Source: an uncultured Dehalococcoidia bacterium
GTDB lineage: Bacteria; Chloroflexota; Dehalococcoidia; UBA2247; RBG-13-53-26
DNA length: 64,000 nt
Assembly (NCBI GenBank): GCA_964492335.1
Contig: CAZBJX010000008.1
Location: 2,757-66,756 of the forward strand
Direction: 5' to 3'
Shown here: positions 1-9,417 of the stretch, piece after piece
Layout: each line of letters starts with the position of its first letter
How positions within the stretch are numbered: the stretch's first letter is position 1
Made by a program: the position numbers and the translations under genes
Notes under the pieces: model-generated
The model's database searches: none
Told to the model about the DNA's origin: nothing
Seen by the model: the letters and a program-made list of their open reading frames with translations, nothing else

Positions 1-1050
1 GTTGCAGGCCGGGTCTGGTGAGCGCAGCTCTATCCTGGTGGCGTTCTCCTGGCCGGGCTGGTACTGGGGGATGCGGACCAGGTCCGAGCGATTGCGCTGG
101 GCCCAGGTGATGTAGGCCGGCGCCTCGTACCCGGGGACCAGTCGCTTGTAGGAGTTGACCCACTGGTTGTTGACCACGGTGATCTCGGCTATGTGCCGCA
201 GCAGACCCGCCAGGAAGTGCTTGCCCGTATTCGACAGGTGATGCCTGTCGTTCTTCTCGAAGAAGGCGTTGCGCTCTCCCTGGAAGAGCGATATGTGCAC
301 GTGCATGCCGCTGCCGTTGAGGGTGGCCACCGGCTTGGGCATGAAGGTGGCGTAGACGCCGTGCTTCTGGGCCACTTCCTTGACCGCGATGCGGTAGACC
401 ATCACATTGTCGGCCATCCGCAGGGCGTCCGTGTACCGCAGGTCGATCTCGTGCTGGCTGGGGGCCCCCTCGTGGTGTGCGTACTCCACCTTGATCCCCA
501 TCTGGTCCAGGATGATGATCGTCTGCCGGCGGTACTCGCTGGCCGCGTTGGGAGGCGTCACGTCGAAGTAGCCCCCCCTGTCCAGCGGCGTGACATCCTC
601 GTTGCTGGGGAAGTAGAAGAACTCCAGCTCCGGCCCCACGTTGCAGGTGAACCCCATCCGGGTGGCCCTCTCCAGGTTCTGCTTGAGCACGTGCCGGGGG
701 TCGCCCTCGAACGGCCGCCCGTCCGGCCAGTGGATGTCGCAGAACATCTTGCCCGTGGCGTGGTCCATGGGGCGCCAGGGGATGATGGAGTAGGTGGTGG
801 GGTCGGGCCGGGCGATCATGTCGCTCTCGTCGATGCGGACGAAGCCCTCCACGGACGAGCCGTCGAAGCCCAGTCCGTCGGTGAAGGCCCGGTCCATCTC
901 CTCCACCCTCACCGAGAAGCTCTTCAGGAACCCCAGGATGTCGGAGAACCACATCCGGATGAACTTGACGTTCTGCTCACGGATCTGGCGGAGCACCTGC
1001 TCCCTGGCTTCGGCCGCCTTCTTCCGCGGTCTCGGTGCTTTCGCTGCCAT
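1..1050 (-). CDS. glnA: Glutamine synthetase type I, 5' 350 codons (runs off window start)
   Basis: Not in the ORF track; hand translation gives MAAKAPRPRKK...VKFIRMWFSDILGFLKSF...GLGFDGSSVEGFVRIDESDM...GPELEFF...NSYKRLVPGYEAP...RIELRSPDPACN, in frame to base 1; GAAGGAG RBS upstream of the ATG at 1050. Confidence 0.95.
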   Translation of the reverse strand, partial: MAAKAPRPRKKAAEAREQVLRQIREQNVKFIRMWFSDILGFLKSFSVRVEEMDRAFTDGLGFDGSSVEGFVRIDESDMIARPDPTTYSIIPWRPMDHATGKMFCDIHWPDGRPFEGDPRHVLKQNLERATRMGFTCNVGPELEFFYFPSNEDVTPLDRGGYFDVTPPNAASEYRRQTIIILDQMGIKVEYAHHEGAPSQHEIDLRYTDALRMADNVMVYRIAVKEVAQKHGVYATFMPKPVATLNGSGMHVHISLFQGERNAFFEKNDRHHLSNTGKHFLAGLLRHIAEITVVNNQWVNSYKRLVPGYEAPAYITWAQRNRSDLVRIPQYQPGQENATRIELRSPDPACN

Positions 1051-1084
1051 CTCTGCTCCTTCCCTGGCCATTTCTGGTGAGGCC

Positions 1085-2830
1085 TCAACCCTTGGATTCC
1101 ACGGCCGCCCGGGCCAGGGCGCGGAACTCGGCCACCGCCTTCCGGCCCAGGTCCTCGCCGCTGCGCAGGCGGACGGAGACGGCCTCCCCGGCCACCTCCT
1201 TGTCGCCCACCACCAGCATGTAGGGTATCTTCTGCAGCTGGGCCTCACGGATCTTGGAGTTCATCCTCTCCGAGCGGGCGTCGATCTGGACCCGCAGCCC
1301 GTCCGCGGCCAGTTCCGCCTGTATCTTGCGGGCGTAGTCCAGGTGGCGGTCCGCTATGGGGATGATCATCGCCTGCACCGGCGCCAGCCAGGCCGGGAAG
1401 GCCCCGCCGCAGTTCTCCACCAGCACCCCGAAGAAGCGCTCCAGGCTGCCCATGAGCGCCCGGTGCACCATGTACGGGCGCCGCTCTTTCCCATCCTCGC
1501 CGATGAAGGTCATGTCGAAGCGCTCCGGGAGGTTGAAGTCGAACTGTATGGTGGAGCACTGCCAGTAGCGGCCCAGCACGTCCTTGATCTTGATGTCGAT
1601 CTTGGGCCCGTAGAAGACGGCCTCGCCCTCCTTCCTCTCGTGGGGGAGGCTGCGGGCGTCCAGGGCCTTGACCAGCGAGCGCTCCGCCTGCCCCCACATG
1701 GCGTCGCTGCCGGCGTACTTGCCCGGGTTGGCCGGGTCGCGCACGGAGAGCTCCACCTTGTAGTCCTCGAAGCCGAAGGCGCTCAGGATGCTGGTGCAGA
1801 AATCGAGCACCCGCAGGATCTCGTCGTCGATCTGCTCCGGGGTGCAGACGATGTGGGCGTCGTCCTGGGTGAACCCGCGGACGCGCAGCAGGCCGTGCAG
1901 CGTCCCGCTGCGCTCGTAGCGGTACACCGTGCCCAGCTCCGCCCAGCGCAGCGGCAGCTCGCGGTAGGAGCGCAGCCGGGTCTTGTAGATCAGGATGTGG
2001 AACGGGCAGTTCATGGGCTTGATGTAGTAGTCCTGCTCGTCGATCTGCATCGGCGCGTACATGCTGTCCTTGTAGAAGCCCAGGTGCCCCGAGGTCTCCC
2101 ACAGGTGCGCCCGGCCGATGTGCGGGGTGAAGACGATGTCGTAGCCGCCCTCGAGGTGCCGCCGGCGCCAGTAGTCCTCGATGAGCACCCGCACCAGCCC
2201 CCCTTTGGGGTGCCAGTAGGCCAGCCCGGGGCCGGCCTCCTCGTGGAAGCTGATCAGGTCCAGCTGCTTGAGCAGGCGGCGGTGGTCGCGGGCCTCTATC
2301 TCGGCCAGCTTCTTCAGGTGCGCGTCCAGCTCCGCCTGGGTCTCGAAGGCGGTGGCATAGATGCGCTGCAGCATGGGCCGCTTCTCGTCGCCGCGCCAGT
2401 AGGCCCCGGCGATGGAGAGCAGCTTGAAGGCGCCGATCTCCCCCGTGGTGGCCACGTGGGGCCCGCGGCACAGGTCGACAAACGAGCCACTGCGGTAGAC
2501 GGTCACCGTCTGGTCCGGCAGGTCGGCGATCAGCTCCAGCTTGTAGGGCTGGGAGGCGAAGACCTGGCGGGCCTTCTCCCGGTCCATCTCCTCCCGGATG
2601 AAGGGGGACCTGGCCTCCGCCACCCGGCGCATGTTCTCCTCGATGGCGGCCATGTCCTCCGGGACCAGGGGCCGGGGCAGCTCGAAGTCGTAGTAGAACC
2701 CGTCCTCGATGGCCGGGCCGATGCCGAACCTGGCATCCGGGAAGAGCATCTTCACCGCCTCCGCCATCACGTGGGATGCGGAATGGCGCATGGTCTCCAG
2801 TCTCGAATCCTGGGCGGCCGCTTCGCTCAT
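1085..2830 (-). CDS. thrS: Threonyl-tRNA synthetase
   Basis: MRHSASHVMAEAV, DHRRL, YIKPMNCPFH, GLLRVRGFTQDDAH, FYGPKID, HRALMGSLERF motifs. Confidence 0.98.
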   Translation of the reverse strand: MSEAAAQDSRLETMRHSASHVMAEAVKMLFPDARFGIGPAIEDGFYYDFELPRPLVPEDMAAIEENMRRVAEARSPFIREEMDREKARQVFASQPYKLELIADLPDQTVTVYRSGSFVDLCRGPHVATTGEIGAFKLLSIAGAYWRGDEKRPMLQRIYATAFETQAELDAHLKKLAEIEARDHRRLLKQLDLISFHEEAGPGLAYWHPKGGLVRVLIEDYWRRRHLEGGYDIVFTPHIGRAHLWETSGHLGFYKDSMYAPMQIDEQDYYIKPMNCPFHILIYKTRLRSYRELPLRWAELGTVYRYERSGTLHGLLRVRGFTQDDAHIVCTPEQIDDEILRVLDFCTSILSAFGFEDYKVELSVRDPANPGKYAGSDAMWGQAERSLVKALDARSLPHERKEGEAVFYGPKIDIKIKDVLGRYWQCSTIQFDFNLPERFDMTFIGEDGKERRPYMVHRALMGSLERFFGVLVENCGGAFPAWLAPVQAMIIPIADRHLDYARKIQAELAADGLRVQIDARSERMNSKIREAQLQKIPYMLVVGDKEVAGEAVSVRLRSGEDLGRKAVAEFRALARAAVESKG

Positions 2831-2849
2831 GGTCTCTCCGATCTACGAC

Positions 2850-2882
2850 AGAACCTCTCTGCCCCGGGGCACGAGAGGTTCT
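2850..2882 (-). promoter_or_regulatory. Long hairpin in the thrS 5' leader, downstream of a TTGACA-containing promoter region
   Basis: agaacctctc (2850-59) / gagaggttct (2873-82) flanking tgccccggggca; TTGACA on the minus strand at 2933-2928 and 2912-2907. Confidence 0.5.
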
Positions 2883-2946
2883 CAAGGGGCGCGTTCACTC
2901 ACTCATTGTCAATTCGGGCGCGGGTTTTGTCAATAGCAGCGGCGGA

Positions 2947-3099
2947 TCAGGCCGTCCCCGTGGCGTACAGGACGGCCCTCGACCGTTTCCCCACGGGGGA
3001 GACAAGGCCCAACGCCCGCAGGCAGCAGGCCACCTTCTGGGCCAGCGGACGGGGGACGTCGAGAGCGGGAGCCGGGTCACCGGTGGTGAAGGGCACCGG
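2947..3099 (-). pseudogene. C-terminal remnant of a conserved hypothetical protein (wHTH-like tail)
   Basis: PFTTGDPAPALDVPRPLAQKVACCLRALGLVSPVGKRSRAVLY resembles a recalled 'PFTT-DLA-AL---R-LAQK-AYCLR--G----VGKRG-A-LY' C-terminus; no plausible 5' part. Confidence 0.4.
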
Positions 3100-3167
3100 C
3101 CGCACGGGGTAGCTGGCCCGCAGCTCAACCGCCCCTTGCGGGGTATTGCGCTGTGTCTGAAGCGGCC

Positions 3168-3500
3168 CTACCGCCTCTTGCGGCGGGTCCTTCCAGCCGC
3201 CAGCCTGACCTTCACCTCCTCGTACTGCTCGATGCTGCACACCGGGTAGGTCTCCTCGGTGCACACGTCCGACAGGTAGGCGGAGACCACGCTGCCGTCA
3301 ATCCAGGTCTGGTCGGTCACCTCTACAATTGCCAGGGAGAAGCCGTTGTGCGGCGAGACCACCTGGGTGATGAACTTCATCTTGGCGTAGGCGTCCCGGA
3401 CGGCTTTGGGCGCCTTGCCCGTGTGGATGGCCTCCCACCGCCTGTCCAGCGCGTCAGCCTGCTCCGGGGTCCACCTGTAGATCGAGACAAACAGTCCCAT
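3168..3500 (-). CDS. Small DUF3303-like protein
   Basis: MGLFVSIYRWTPEQ...GFSLAIVEVTD...SDVCTEETYPV pattern; AAGGAGG RBS; basic C-terminal tail. Confidence 0.55.
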   Translation of the reverse strand: MGLFVSIYRWTPEQADALDRRWEAIHTGKAPKAVRDAYAKMKFITQVVSPHNGFSLAIVEVTDQTWIDGSVVSAYLSDVCTEETYPVCSIEQYEEVKVRLAAGRTRRKRR

Positions 3501-3818
3501 TCAAGCCCTCCTTATGTTGCTGGCCGGCTCCGCCGGGGCAGGAGGGATCGCGCTCCCTCCCTTGTCGTCGCCGGCGAGTTGCTGGCTCCGGCTTCCCACG
3601 ACCGCCAGACCCGGAGCGCCAGAGGCCCCCGTGTGGGAATCGACAGAGATGCCTTCTACGATAATAGCACCAGCGCCATGGCCGGCGTCAATAGGGCGGG
3701 GATGGCCCGAATCCGTGGATTCCCTGGGCGCAGGGTGCAGTGTGGGTATTGTGGCAGGTTGACCAGCGTCTTCTGCCGGGTACCTGCCTGTCGGGCCGGC
3801 TGGCTCCGGGGCGGAGGC

Positions 3819-4385
3819 CTACCGGCCCCGGCGGCCGGCCCGCTCCAGGCCGAAGGCATAGCCCTGGTCGAAGGCGGCGAGGTTGAGGTCCTCGGTGCCT
3901 TCGGGAACGGACGCCCGCACCGCCTGGCGCAATGCGTCGTGCGAGACCAGGTCGGTCACCGCCGCGAAGAAGCCCAGCATGATGATGTTGGCCACCACGG
4001 GGCGGTTCATCTCCCGGGCCATGCGGGTGGCCGGGATGGACAGGGGGGTGGGCGCCACGGAGGGGTCGGTCTTGACCAGGTCCGGGTCCACGATGATCAG
4101 GGTGCCCTGCGGAGGGTTCAGCCCGTAGGTGGCGTAGGCCTCCTGGGCCAGGACCACGATGACCTCGGGGTTGATGATGCGCGGGTAGTCGATGGGCTCC
4201 TTCGAGACCACCACCTCGGCGGTGCAGGAGCCGCCGCGGGCCTCCGGGCCATAGCTCTGGGTGAGCGTGGCGTAGCCGGCGTCAAAGATGCTGGCGCCCT
4301 TGCCCACGATCTCGCCGAACAGGATGACGCCCTGGCCGCCGAAACCGGCGATCCGCAACTCCCTCCTGGCAGCGCCCTGGCCCAT
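3819..4385 (-). CDS. korC: 2-oxoacid:ferredoxin oxidoreductase gamma subunit
   Basis: ELRIAGFGGQGVIL, QSYGPEARGG motifs. Confidence 0.9.
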   Translation of the reverse strand: MGQGAARRELRIAGFGGQGVILFGEIVGKGASIFDAGYATLTQSYGPEARGGSCTAEVVVSKEPIDYPRIINPEVIVVLAQEAYATYGLNPPQGTLIIVDPDLVKTDPSVAPTPLSIPATRMAREMNRPVVANIIMLGFFAAVTDLVSHDALRQAVRASVPEGTEDLNLAAFDQGYAFGLERAGRRGR

Positions 4386-4400
4386 GTGCTCCCTTATCTC

Positions 4401-5243
4401 CTACCTGGCCTTCCGGGCCCGGTCGCAGACCTGCGCGTAGCCACCCCAGAAGGTGGGGCGCTCGATCTCCATGAACTTGCCCAACATGATGGGACCGTCC
4501 AGCGTGATCTCGGCCTCGGCCGGATCGGCGCCGTTCTTGATCAGGCCCTTCTCCTTGAAGTAGCGCAGCCCGTCGACCCCCTGGCCCTGCTTGTTGGCCT
4601 TGCCGTAGACCGTGGGGCAGTGGGCGATGACCTCGACGAAGCTGAACCCCGGCCGGACCAGGGCCTCGGCCAGGCAGCGCTCCAGCTGCCGCAGGTGGTA
4701 GACCGTCCAGCGGGCCACGAACGGTCCCCCCGAGGCGGCCACCAGCCGCGGCAGGTTGAAGGGTGGTTCGAAATTGCCGTAGGGCGAGGTGGTGGTGCGG
4801 GCGCCCAGCGGGGTGGTGGGCCCCAGCTGGCCGCCGGTCATGCCGTAGTTGAAGTTGTTCACGCAGATGACCGTCATGTCCATATTGCGGCGGGCGGCGT
4901 GAATGAGATGGTTGCCGCCGATGGCGGCCAGGTCGCCGTCGCCGGAGAAGACCACCACCTTGAGCGCGGGGTTGGCCAGCGCCAGCCCGGTGGCAAACGG
5001 TATGGCCCGGCCGTGCGTGGTGTGGAAGGAGTCCAGCAGGACATAGCCCGCCACCCGGCCGGAGCAGCCTATGCCGGATACCAGCGACACCTTGTCCGGG
5101 TCCAGCTTCGCCCGCTCGAGGGCCCGGATGAAGCAGCTCAGGGACGCGCCGATGCCGCAGCCGGCGCACCAGATGCTGGGCAGGCGGTCCACCCGCAGGA
5201 AGGAATCGATGGGGTTTCGGCGCTCGCCGGCCGCTTCGGTCAC
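4401..5243 (-). CDS. korB: 2-oxoacid:ferredoxin oxidoreductase beta subunit (TPP-binding)
   Basis: WCAGCGIG, SGIGCS, FHTTHGRA, GDGD, NNFNYGMTGGQ motifs. Confidence 0.92.
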   Translation of the reverse strand: MTEAAGERRNPIDSFLRVDRLPSIWCAGCGIGASLSCFIRALERAKLDPDKVSLVSGIGCSGRVAGYVLLDSFHTTHGRAIPFATGLALANPALKVVVFSGDGDLAAIGGNHLIHAARRNMDMTVICVNNFNYGMTGGQLGPTTPLGARTTTSPYGNFEPPFNLPRLVAASGGPFVARWTVYHLRQLERCLAEALVRPGFSFVEVIAHCPTVYGKANKQGQGVDGLRYFKEKGLIKNGADPAEAEITLDGPIMLGKFMEIERPTFWGGYAQVCDRARKAR

Positions 5244-6388
5244 TTCGCGGCCTCCCTGATGGTCGCCAGGATGTCCTGGGGCAGGTGCATGCCGCCGCCC
5301 ATGTGGGGCACCAGCAGCGTCTTCCTGCCGGCGGCGCAGCGCTCCACCTCCAGCACCATCTGCCCGTAGTTGATCTCCGGCACCACGAAGGCCCTGGCCT
5401 GCCGCGCCAGCTCCCGGATGCGGTCCTCGGCAAAGGGCCAGATGGTGATCAGCCGCAGCATGCCGGCCCGGATGCCCTCGGCCCGGGCCATCTGCACCGC
5501 CCGGCGGGCCACCCTGGCCGTGATGCCGTAGGCGCAGACGACGACGTCGGCATCGTCAATCCCCGTCTCTTCCAGGCGGATGATGTCCGCCCGGTTGACC
5601 CGGACCTTGTCCGCCAGGCGCCGCACCAGCCTCTGGTGCACCTCGGCCGTCATGATGGGGTAGCCCCTCTCGTCGTGGGTCAGCCCGGTGACGTGGAAGC
5701 GGTAGCCTTCGCCGGCCATGGCCATGGGCGGCACCAGGTCGGCGTCCGGCAGGTAAGGCAGGTACTCCCCGGGGGGAACGGTGGGCCGGCGCCGCTCCAC
5801 CAGTTCCTCCGGCTTCACCAGCCTCATGGTCACCTTCTCGCTCATGTGCCCCACGGTCTCATCGGCCATCACCAGGACGGGCACCCGGTACTTCTCCGAG
5901 AGGTTGAAGGCCTCTATGGTCAGATCGAATATCTCCTGCGGCGAGCTGGGCGAGAGGGCGATGATCTCGTACACCCCGTGGGAGCCCCAGCGGGCCTGCA
6001 TCATGTCGCCCTGGCCCACCAGCGTCGGCAGCCCGGTGGAGGGCCCCGCCCTCTGTATGTTGACCAGCACGCAGGGGGTCTCCAGCATCACTCCCAGGCC
6101 CAGGTTCTCCATCATCAGGCTGAACCCGGGGCCCGAGGTGGCCGTCATGGACTTCATCCCGGCCCAGGACGCTCCCAGGATGGCGTTCATGGAGGCGATC
6201 TCGTCCTCCATCTGGATGTAGACCCCGCCTATCCTCGGGAGCCGGCGGGCCATGCGCTCGGCGATCTCGGTGGCCGGGGTGATGGGGTAGCCGGCGAAGA
6301 ATCGGCAGCCGGCGGTGATGGCCCCCTCCGCGCAGGCCTCGTCGCCGGTGATGAAGAACTCCCCCTGCAGGGCGGCAGCTTCGGCCAT
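5240..6388 (-). CDS. korA: 2-oxoacid:ferredoxin oxidoreductase alpha subunit
   Basis: GDEACAEGA, FFAGYPITPATE, QMEDEIAS, TATSGPGFSLM; start set at the ATG overlapping the korD stop (TGATG). Confidence 0.92.
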   Translation of the reverse strand: MAEAAALQGEFFITGDEACAEGAITAGCRFFAGYPITPATEIAERMARRLPRIGGVYIQMEDEIASMNAILGASWAGMKSMTATSGPGFSLMMENLGLGVMLETPCVLVNIQRAGPSTGLPTLVGQGDMMQARWGSHGVYEIIALSPSSPQEIFDLTIEAFNLSEKYRVPVLVMADETVGHMSEKVTMRLVKPEELVERRRPTVPPGEYLPYLPDADLVPPMAMAGEGYRFHVTGLTHDERGYPIMTAEVHQRLVRRLADKVRVNRADIIRLEETGIDDADVVVCAYGITARVARRAVQMARAEGIRAGMLRLITIWPFAEDRIRELARQARAFVVPEINYGQMVLEVERCAAGRKTLLVPHMGGGMHLPQDILATIREAAK

Positions 6389-6645
6389 CAGCCCTCGTCC
6401 TCCGCGGACAGCCAGATGGCGAAGTCCGGGCAGATCATGGCGCAGAGGCCGCAGGCGGAGCACTCGGCGTCGTCCACCGTCGTCGGGAGCAGGTGGCCCT
6501 TGGCGTTCATCTCCTCGCCGATAACCAGCGTCTTGCGGACGCAGATCTCGACGCAGTAGCGGCAGCCCTTGCAGCGGTCCCGGTCCAGGTAGAGCTCGAC
6601 GGTCTGGGGGGCGCCCGCCTTCGCGGGCTTCCTCGTGGCTTTCAT
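6388..6645 (-). CDS. korD: 2x[4Fe-4S] ferredoxin, delta subunit of the oxidoreductase
   Basis: CKGCRYCVEIC and CSACGLCAMICPDFAI; start could be 6663. Confidence 0.9.
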   Translation of the reverse strand: MKATRKPAKAGAPQTVELYLDRDRCKGCRYCVEICVRKTLVIGEEMNAKGHLLPTTVDDAECSACGLCAMICPDFAIWLSAEDEG

Positions 6646-6831
6646 GACTAGGCAGTTGCTCATCTTGGCTGTCCAGGGGTCTGGTGGTCTGAGCGTTATC
6701 TTCGTGCTCCACCTGGTCAGAAGGCCGGGCTGGCTACCTGAGGCTGCTTGCGGGCGGTCTGGCCATCAGCTATCCAGTATAACAAAAAGCGAGACTCCGG
6801 TTCAAAGTCGGAGATCGTTGCTTCAAGCCGC

Positions 6832-6930
6832 GGTATGCTGCAGCGGCTGCCAACGTGGCGAGGGCGCTGCGGGGGCAGGAGCCGGCGTACATCGTGAACG
6901 GCGTGAAGGGGTGGCAGGCCTGGCCCGCGG
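6832..6930 (+). pseudogene. Possible C-terminal remnant of a D-2-hydroxyacid dehydrogenase
   Basis: AAANVARALRGQEPAYIVNG resembles typical C-termini of this family; no upstream gene body. Confidence 0.3.
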
Positions 6931-7058
6931 GATCCAGGCAGATACACGCCGGGTTTGACGGTCATCCCACGGAACCGTATGATGGCCCTGCGCCTGCTAT
7001 CATGACCGTGAGACCTGAGATGCCGGATGATACCGCCACGTGCCCGGAGAGGTGGCCC

Positions 7059-7139
7059 CGCTGGTGGCGGGGCACGAGGTCGGTATATCGCTCACGAACC
7101 TGTCGGTTAGCCGTGGTCTCGCTGGTGGCGGGGCACGAG
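7059..7139 (+). repeat. Exact 20-bp direct repeat (cgctggtggcggggcacgag) within a Zn-alcohol dehydrogenase-like remnant
   Basis: Copies at 7059-7078 and 7120-7139; they encode PLVAGHEVG and SLVAGHEIVGRVEAL (MDR GHE motif) in two different frames. Confidence 0.75.
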
Positions 7140-7200
7140 ATTGTGGGCCGCGTGGAGGCCCTGGCCGGGCCTGGAAGAGGCGGGCCTGTAACGCCGCACT

Positions 7201-7434
7201 GTGGGTGAAGAGCTGGACGAAGTAGCAGGCGCACTCCCGTTCCTGGTCCCCCTGCTCATCCTGCAGGTGGTGCTGATGGTGGTGGCGCTGGTGGACCTGG
7301 TGAAGCGGGAGCGGGTGCGGGGCGGCAACAAGATCATCTGGGGGGTGGTCATCGTCGTATTCAACATCATCGGCCCCATCGCGTACCTGCTGGCGGGCCG
7401 GCTGGAGAGCGCCGGTGACGGCGATCCGGACTGA
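7201..7434 (+). CDS. PLD nuclease N-terminal (PLDc_N) small membrane protein, YxlE-like
   Basis: LVPLLILQVVLMVVALVDL...KIIWGVVIVVFNIIGPIAYLLAGR signature. Confidence 0.85.
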   Translation: MGEELDEVAGALPFLVPLLILQVVLMVVALVDLVKRERVRGGNKIIWGVVIVVFNIIGPIAYLLAGRLESAGDGDPD

Positions 7435-8356
7435 GGGCCTGTCCAAGCACTACGGCGCCATCAAGGCCGTGGACAATCTTAACCTGGAGGTCCCGGAGAA
7501 CGTGGTCTTCGGGTTCCTGGGGCCCAACGGGGCCGGCAAGACCACCACGGTCAAGCTGCTCACCGGCTTCGCCCGCCCCACCGCCGGCCGGGCCTGGGTG
7601 GCGGGAGAGGCGGTGGATGACGGCCGGCAGGCCTTCCGCTCCAGCATAGGGCTGCTGCCCGATGTCCCCGCCTTCTACGACTGGATGAGCGGCCGGGAAC
7701 TCCTGTGCCTGGTGGGCGAGCTGCACCGCCTGCCGGGGCCCGAGACCAAGCGGCGGGCCGATGAGCTGCTGGAGATGGTGGACCTGGCCCGGGCCGGCGG
7801 CCGCCGCATCGGGGGCTACTCCCGCGGCATGCGGCAGCGGCTGGGCATCGCCCAGGCCCTGGTCAACCGGCCCCGGGTCCTGTTCATGGACGAGCCGACC
7901 TCCGCCCTGGATCCCATAGGGCGCCGCGACGTTCTGAGCCTCATCACCCGCCTGCGCCAGACCGCCACTGTCTTCATGTCCACGCACATACTCTCCGACG
8001 TGGAGCGGGTCTGCGACATGGTGGGCATTGTGGACAAGGGCGTCCTGATCACGGTCTCCTCGATGGACGACCTGCGCCAGAGGTTCACCGGGTCCGTCTT
8101 CGAGATGGAGTTCATGGAGGACCCCGGCCCGTTCCGGGAGTCGCTGCAGAAGGTGCCGTGGCTGACCGGCCCGGAGATCGTGGCCCATGGCGGCGCCAGC
8201 GTGCTGCGGGTGAAGGCCGCCGACGTGGACCGGGCGCGGAAGGAGCTGCCCCGGGTGATCGGCGAGAGCGGCCTGACCCTGACCCGTTACGAGCTGGTCC
8301 TGCCGACCATCGAGGACATCTTCATGGACATCGTGAACAGGCGGGGGCCTGCATGA
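7415..8356 (+). CDS. ABC transporter ATP-binding protein
   Basis: GPNGAGKTT Walker A, YSRGMRQR signature, FMDEPT Walker B, STH switch. Confidence 0.95.
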   Translation: MTAIRTEGLSKHYGAIKAVDNLNLEVPENVVFGFLGPNGAGKTTTVKLLTGFARPTAGRAWVAGEAVDDGRQAFRSSIGLLPDVPAFYDWMSGRELLCLVGELHRLPGPETKRRADELLEMVDLARAGGRRIGGYSRGMRQRLGIAQALVNRPRVLFMDEPTSALDPIGRRDVLSLITRLRQTATVFMSTHILSDVERVCDMVGIVDKGVLITVSSMDDLRQRFTGSVFEMEFMEDPGPFRESLQKVPWLTGPEIVAHGGASVLRVKAADVDRARKELPRVIGESGLTLTRYELVLPTIEDIFMDIVNRRGPA

Positions 8357-9132
8357 GGCCCGTCGCACGGGACTGGATGGGGGGGTTCTGGCCGCTGCTC
8401 AAGAAGGAGCTCAGGGAGCAATGGCGCACCTACCGGCCGCTCATCGTGGGCAGCATCTTCCTGATGTTCGGCGTCACCACGCCGCTCATTCTCAAGTACC
8501 TGCCCCTGATACTGGAAAGCGCCGGCGAAGGCATGAGCATAGAGATGCCCCCGCCCACCGCCGCCCAGTCCCTCCTGGAGTATGCCGGGACCATCGCCCA
8601 GGTGGGCGTCCTGGTGGCGGTGCTGGTGGCCATGGGCTGCGTGGCTAATGAGCTGCGCAGCGGCACCGCGGTGATGACCCTGAGCAAGCCGGTGGGCCGC
8701 GGCGCCTTCGTCACCGCCAAGCTGGCCGCCATGAGCCTCACCTTCCTGGTCTCGATGGTGGTGGCCTCTGCCGTGTGCTTCGGCTACACGGTGTGGCTTA
8801 TCGAGGGTGCCGGCCTCACGGCCTTCATCGGCCTCAACCTGCTGCTGGGACTGTTCTTCGTGCTCTGCCTGGCGGTGACCCTGGCCTTCTCCAGCCTCTT
8901 CAAGAGCTCTCTGGCCGCCGGCGGCGCGGCCCTGGCCGTGCTCCTGGGCCAGGCCCTGCTGGGTGCAGTGCCGTACGTGGGTGATTTCATGCCGAACAAG
9001 ATCCTGGGCTGGGGCAACAGCCTGCTCACGGGTGGCGGGAAGAGCTACTGGGGCGCGCTGGCCGTGACCGTGGCCGCCATCGTGGTCTCCATTCTTGCCG
9101 CCCAGCGTGCATTGCGGCTGCGGGACCTTTGA
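8353..9132 (+). CDS. ABC-2 type permease (YxlG-like)
   Basis: LLKKELREQWRT start, about six TM segments; ATGA overlap with the ATPase. Confidence 0.88.
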   Translation: MRPVARDWMGGFWPLLKKELREQWRTYRPLIVGSIFLMFGVTTPLILKYLPLILESAGEGMSIEMPPPTAAQSLLEYAGTIAQVGVLVAVLVAMGCVANELRSGTAVMTLSKPVGRGAFVTAKLAAMSLTFLVSMVVASAVCFGYTVWLIEGAGLTAFIGLNLLLGLFFVLCLAVTLAFSSLFKSSLAAGGAALAVLLGQALLGAVPYVGDFMPNKILGWGNSLLTGGGKSYWGALAVTVAAIVVSILAAQRALRLRDL

Positions 9133-9417
9133 AGCGCGAGGGAGGGCGCCTGACGTTGTCCCCGCGGCCCAAGCCCGGGGCCGGCGGCCTTCGTCAACTC
9201 CAGGCGGACCCCATCCCTTCCGCCGCCTTCTTTGCAGGCGTGTGGAATCCTATGCTATAATCGTTGACGCAGAGGGCGACACCGAGGCCGGACCGGTCAT
9301 CCGGTGCGAGGCAACCAGGGGACACCAGCCGCGCGGAGGCTCATGGCCCCACAACTTCTTCAGGGTTGCCCGGTTCTGTAATCGGCCATTGGGGGATGGT
9401 CAGCGGGGGGCAGGAAG

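Noticed and set aside
40-80. Apparent frameshift in glnA near the window start
   Set aside because: Careful re-reading gives IPQYQPGQENATRIELRSPDPACN in frame; the gene is only cut by the window edge
193-3112. Long plus-strand ORFs (193..1080, 794..3112) and similar antisense ORFs throughout (e.g. 17945..20959, 34803..37361, 41484..44111)
   Set aside because: Shadow ORFs of high-GC genes on the opposite strand; no family motifs
2890-3160. Structured ncRNA (tmRNA, RNase P, tRNA-Sec) or T-box upstream of thrS
   Set aside because: No diagnostic termini or T-box consensus; the region is better explained by a promoter plus a gene remnant
7059-7139. Possible mini-CRISPR (20-bp repeat, 41-nt spacer)
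   Set aside because: Only two copies, short and non-palindromic, no cas genes, and the repeat encodes an alcohol-dehydrogenase GHE motif
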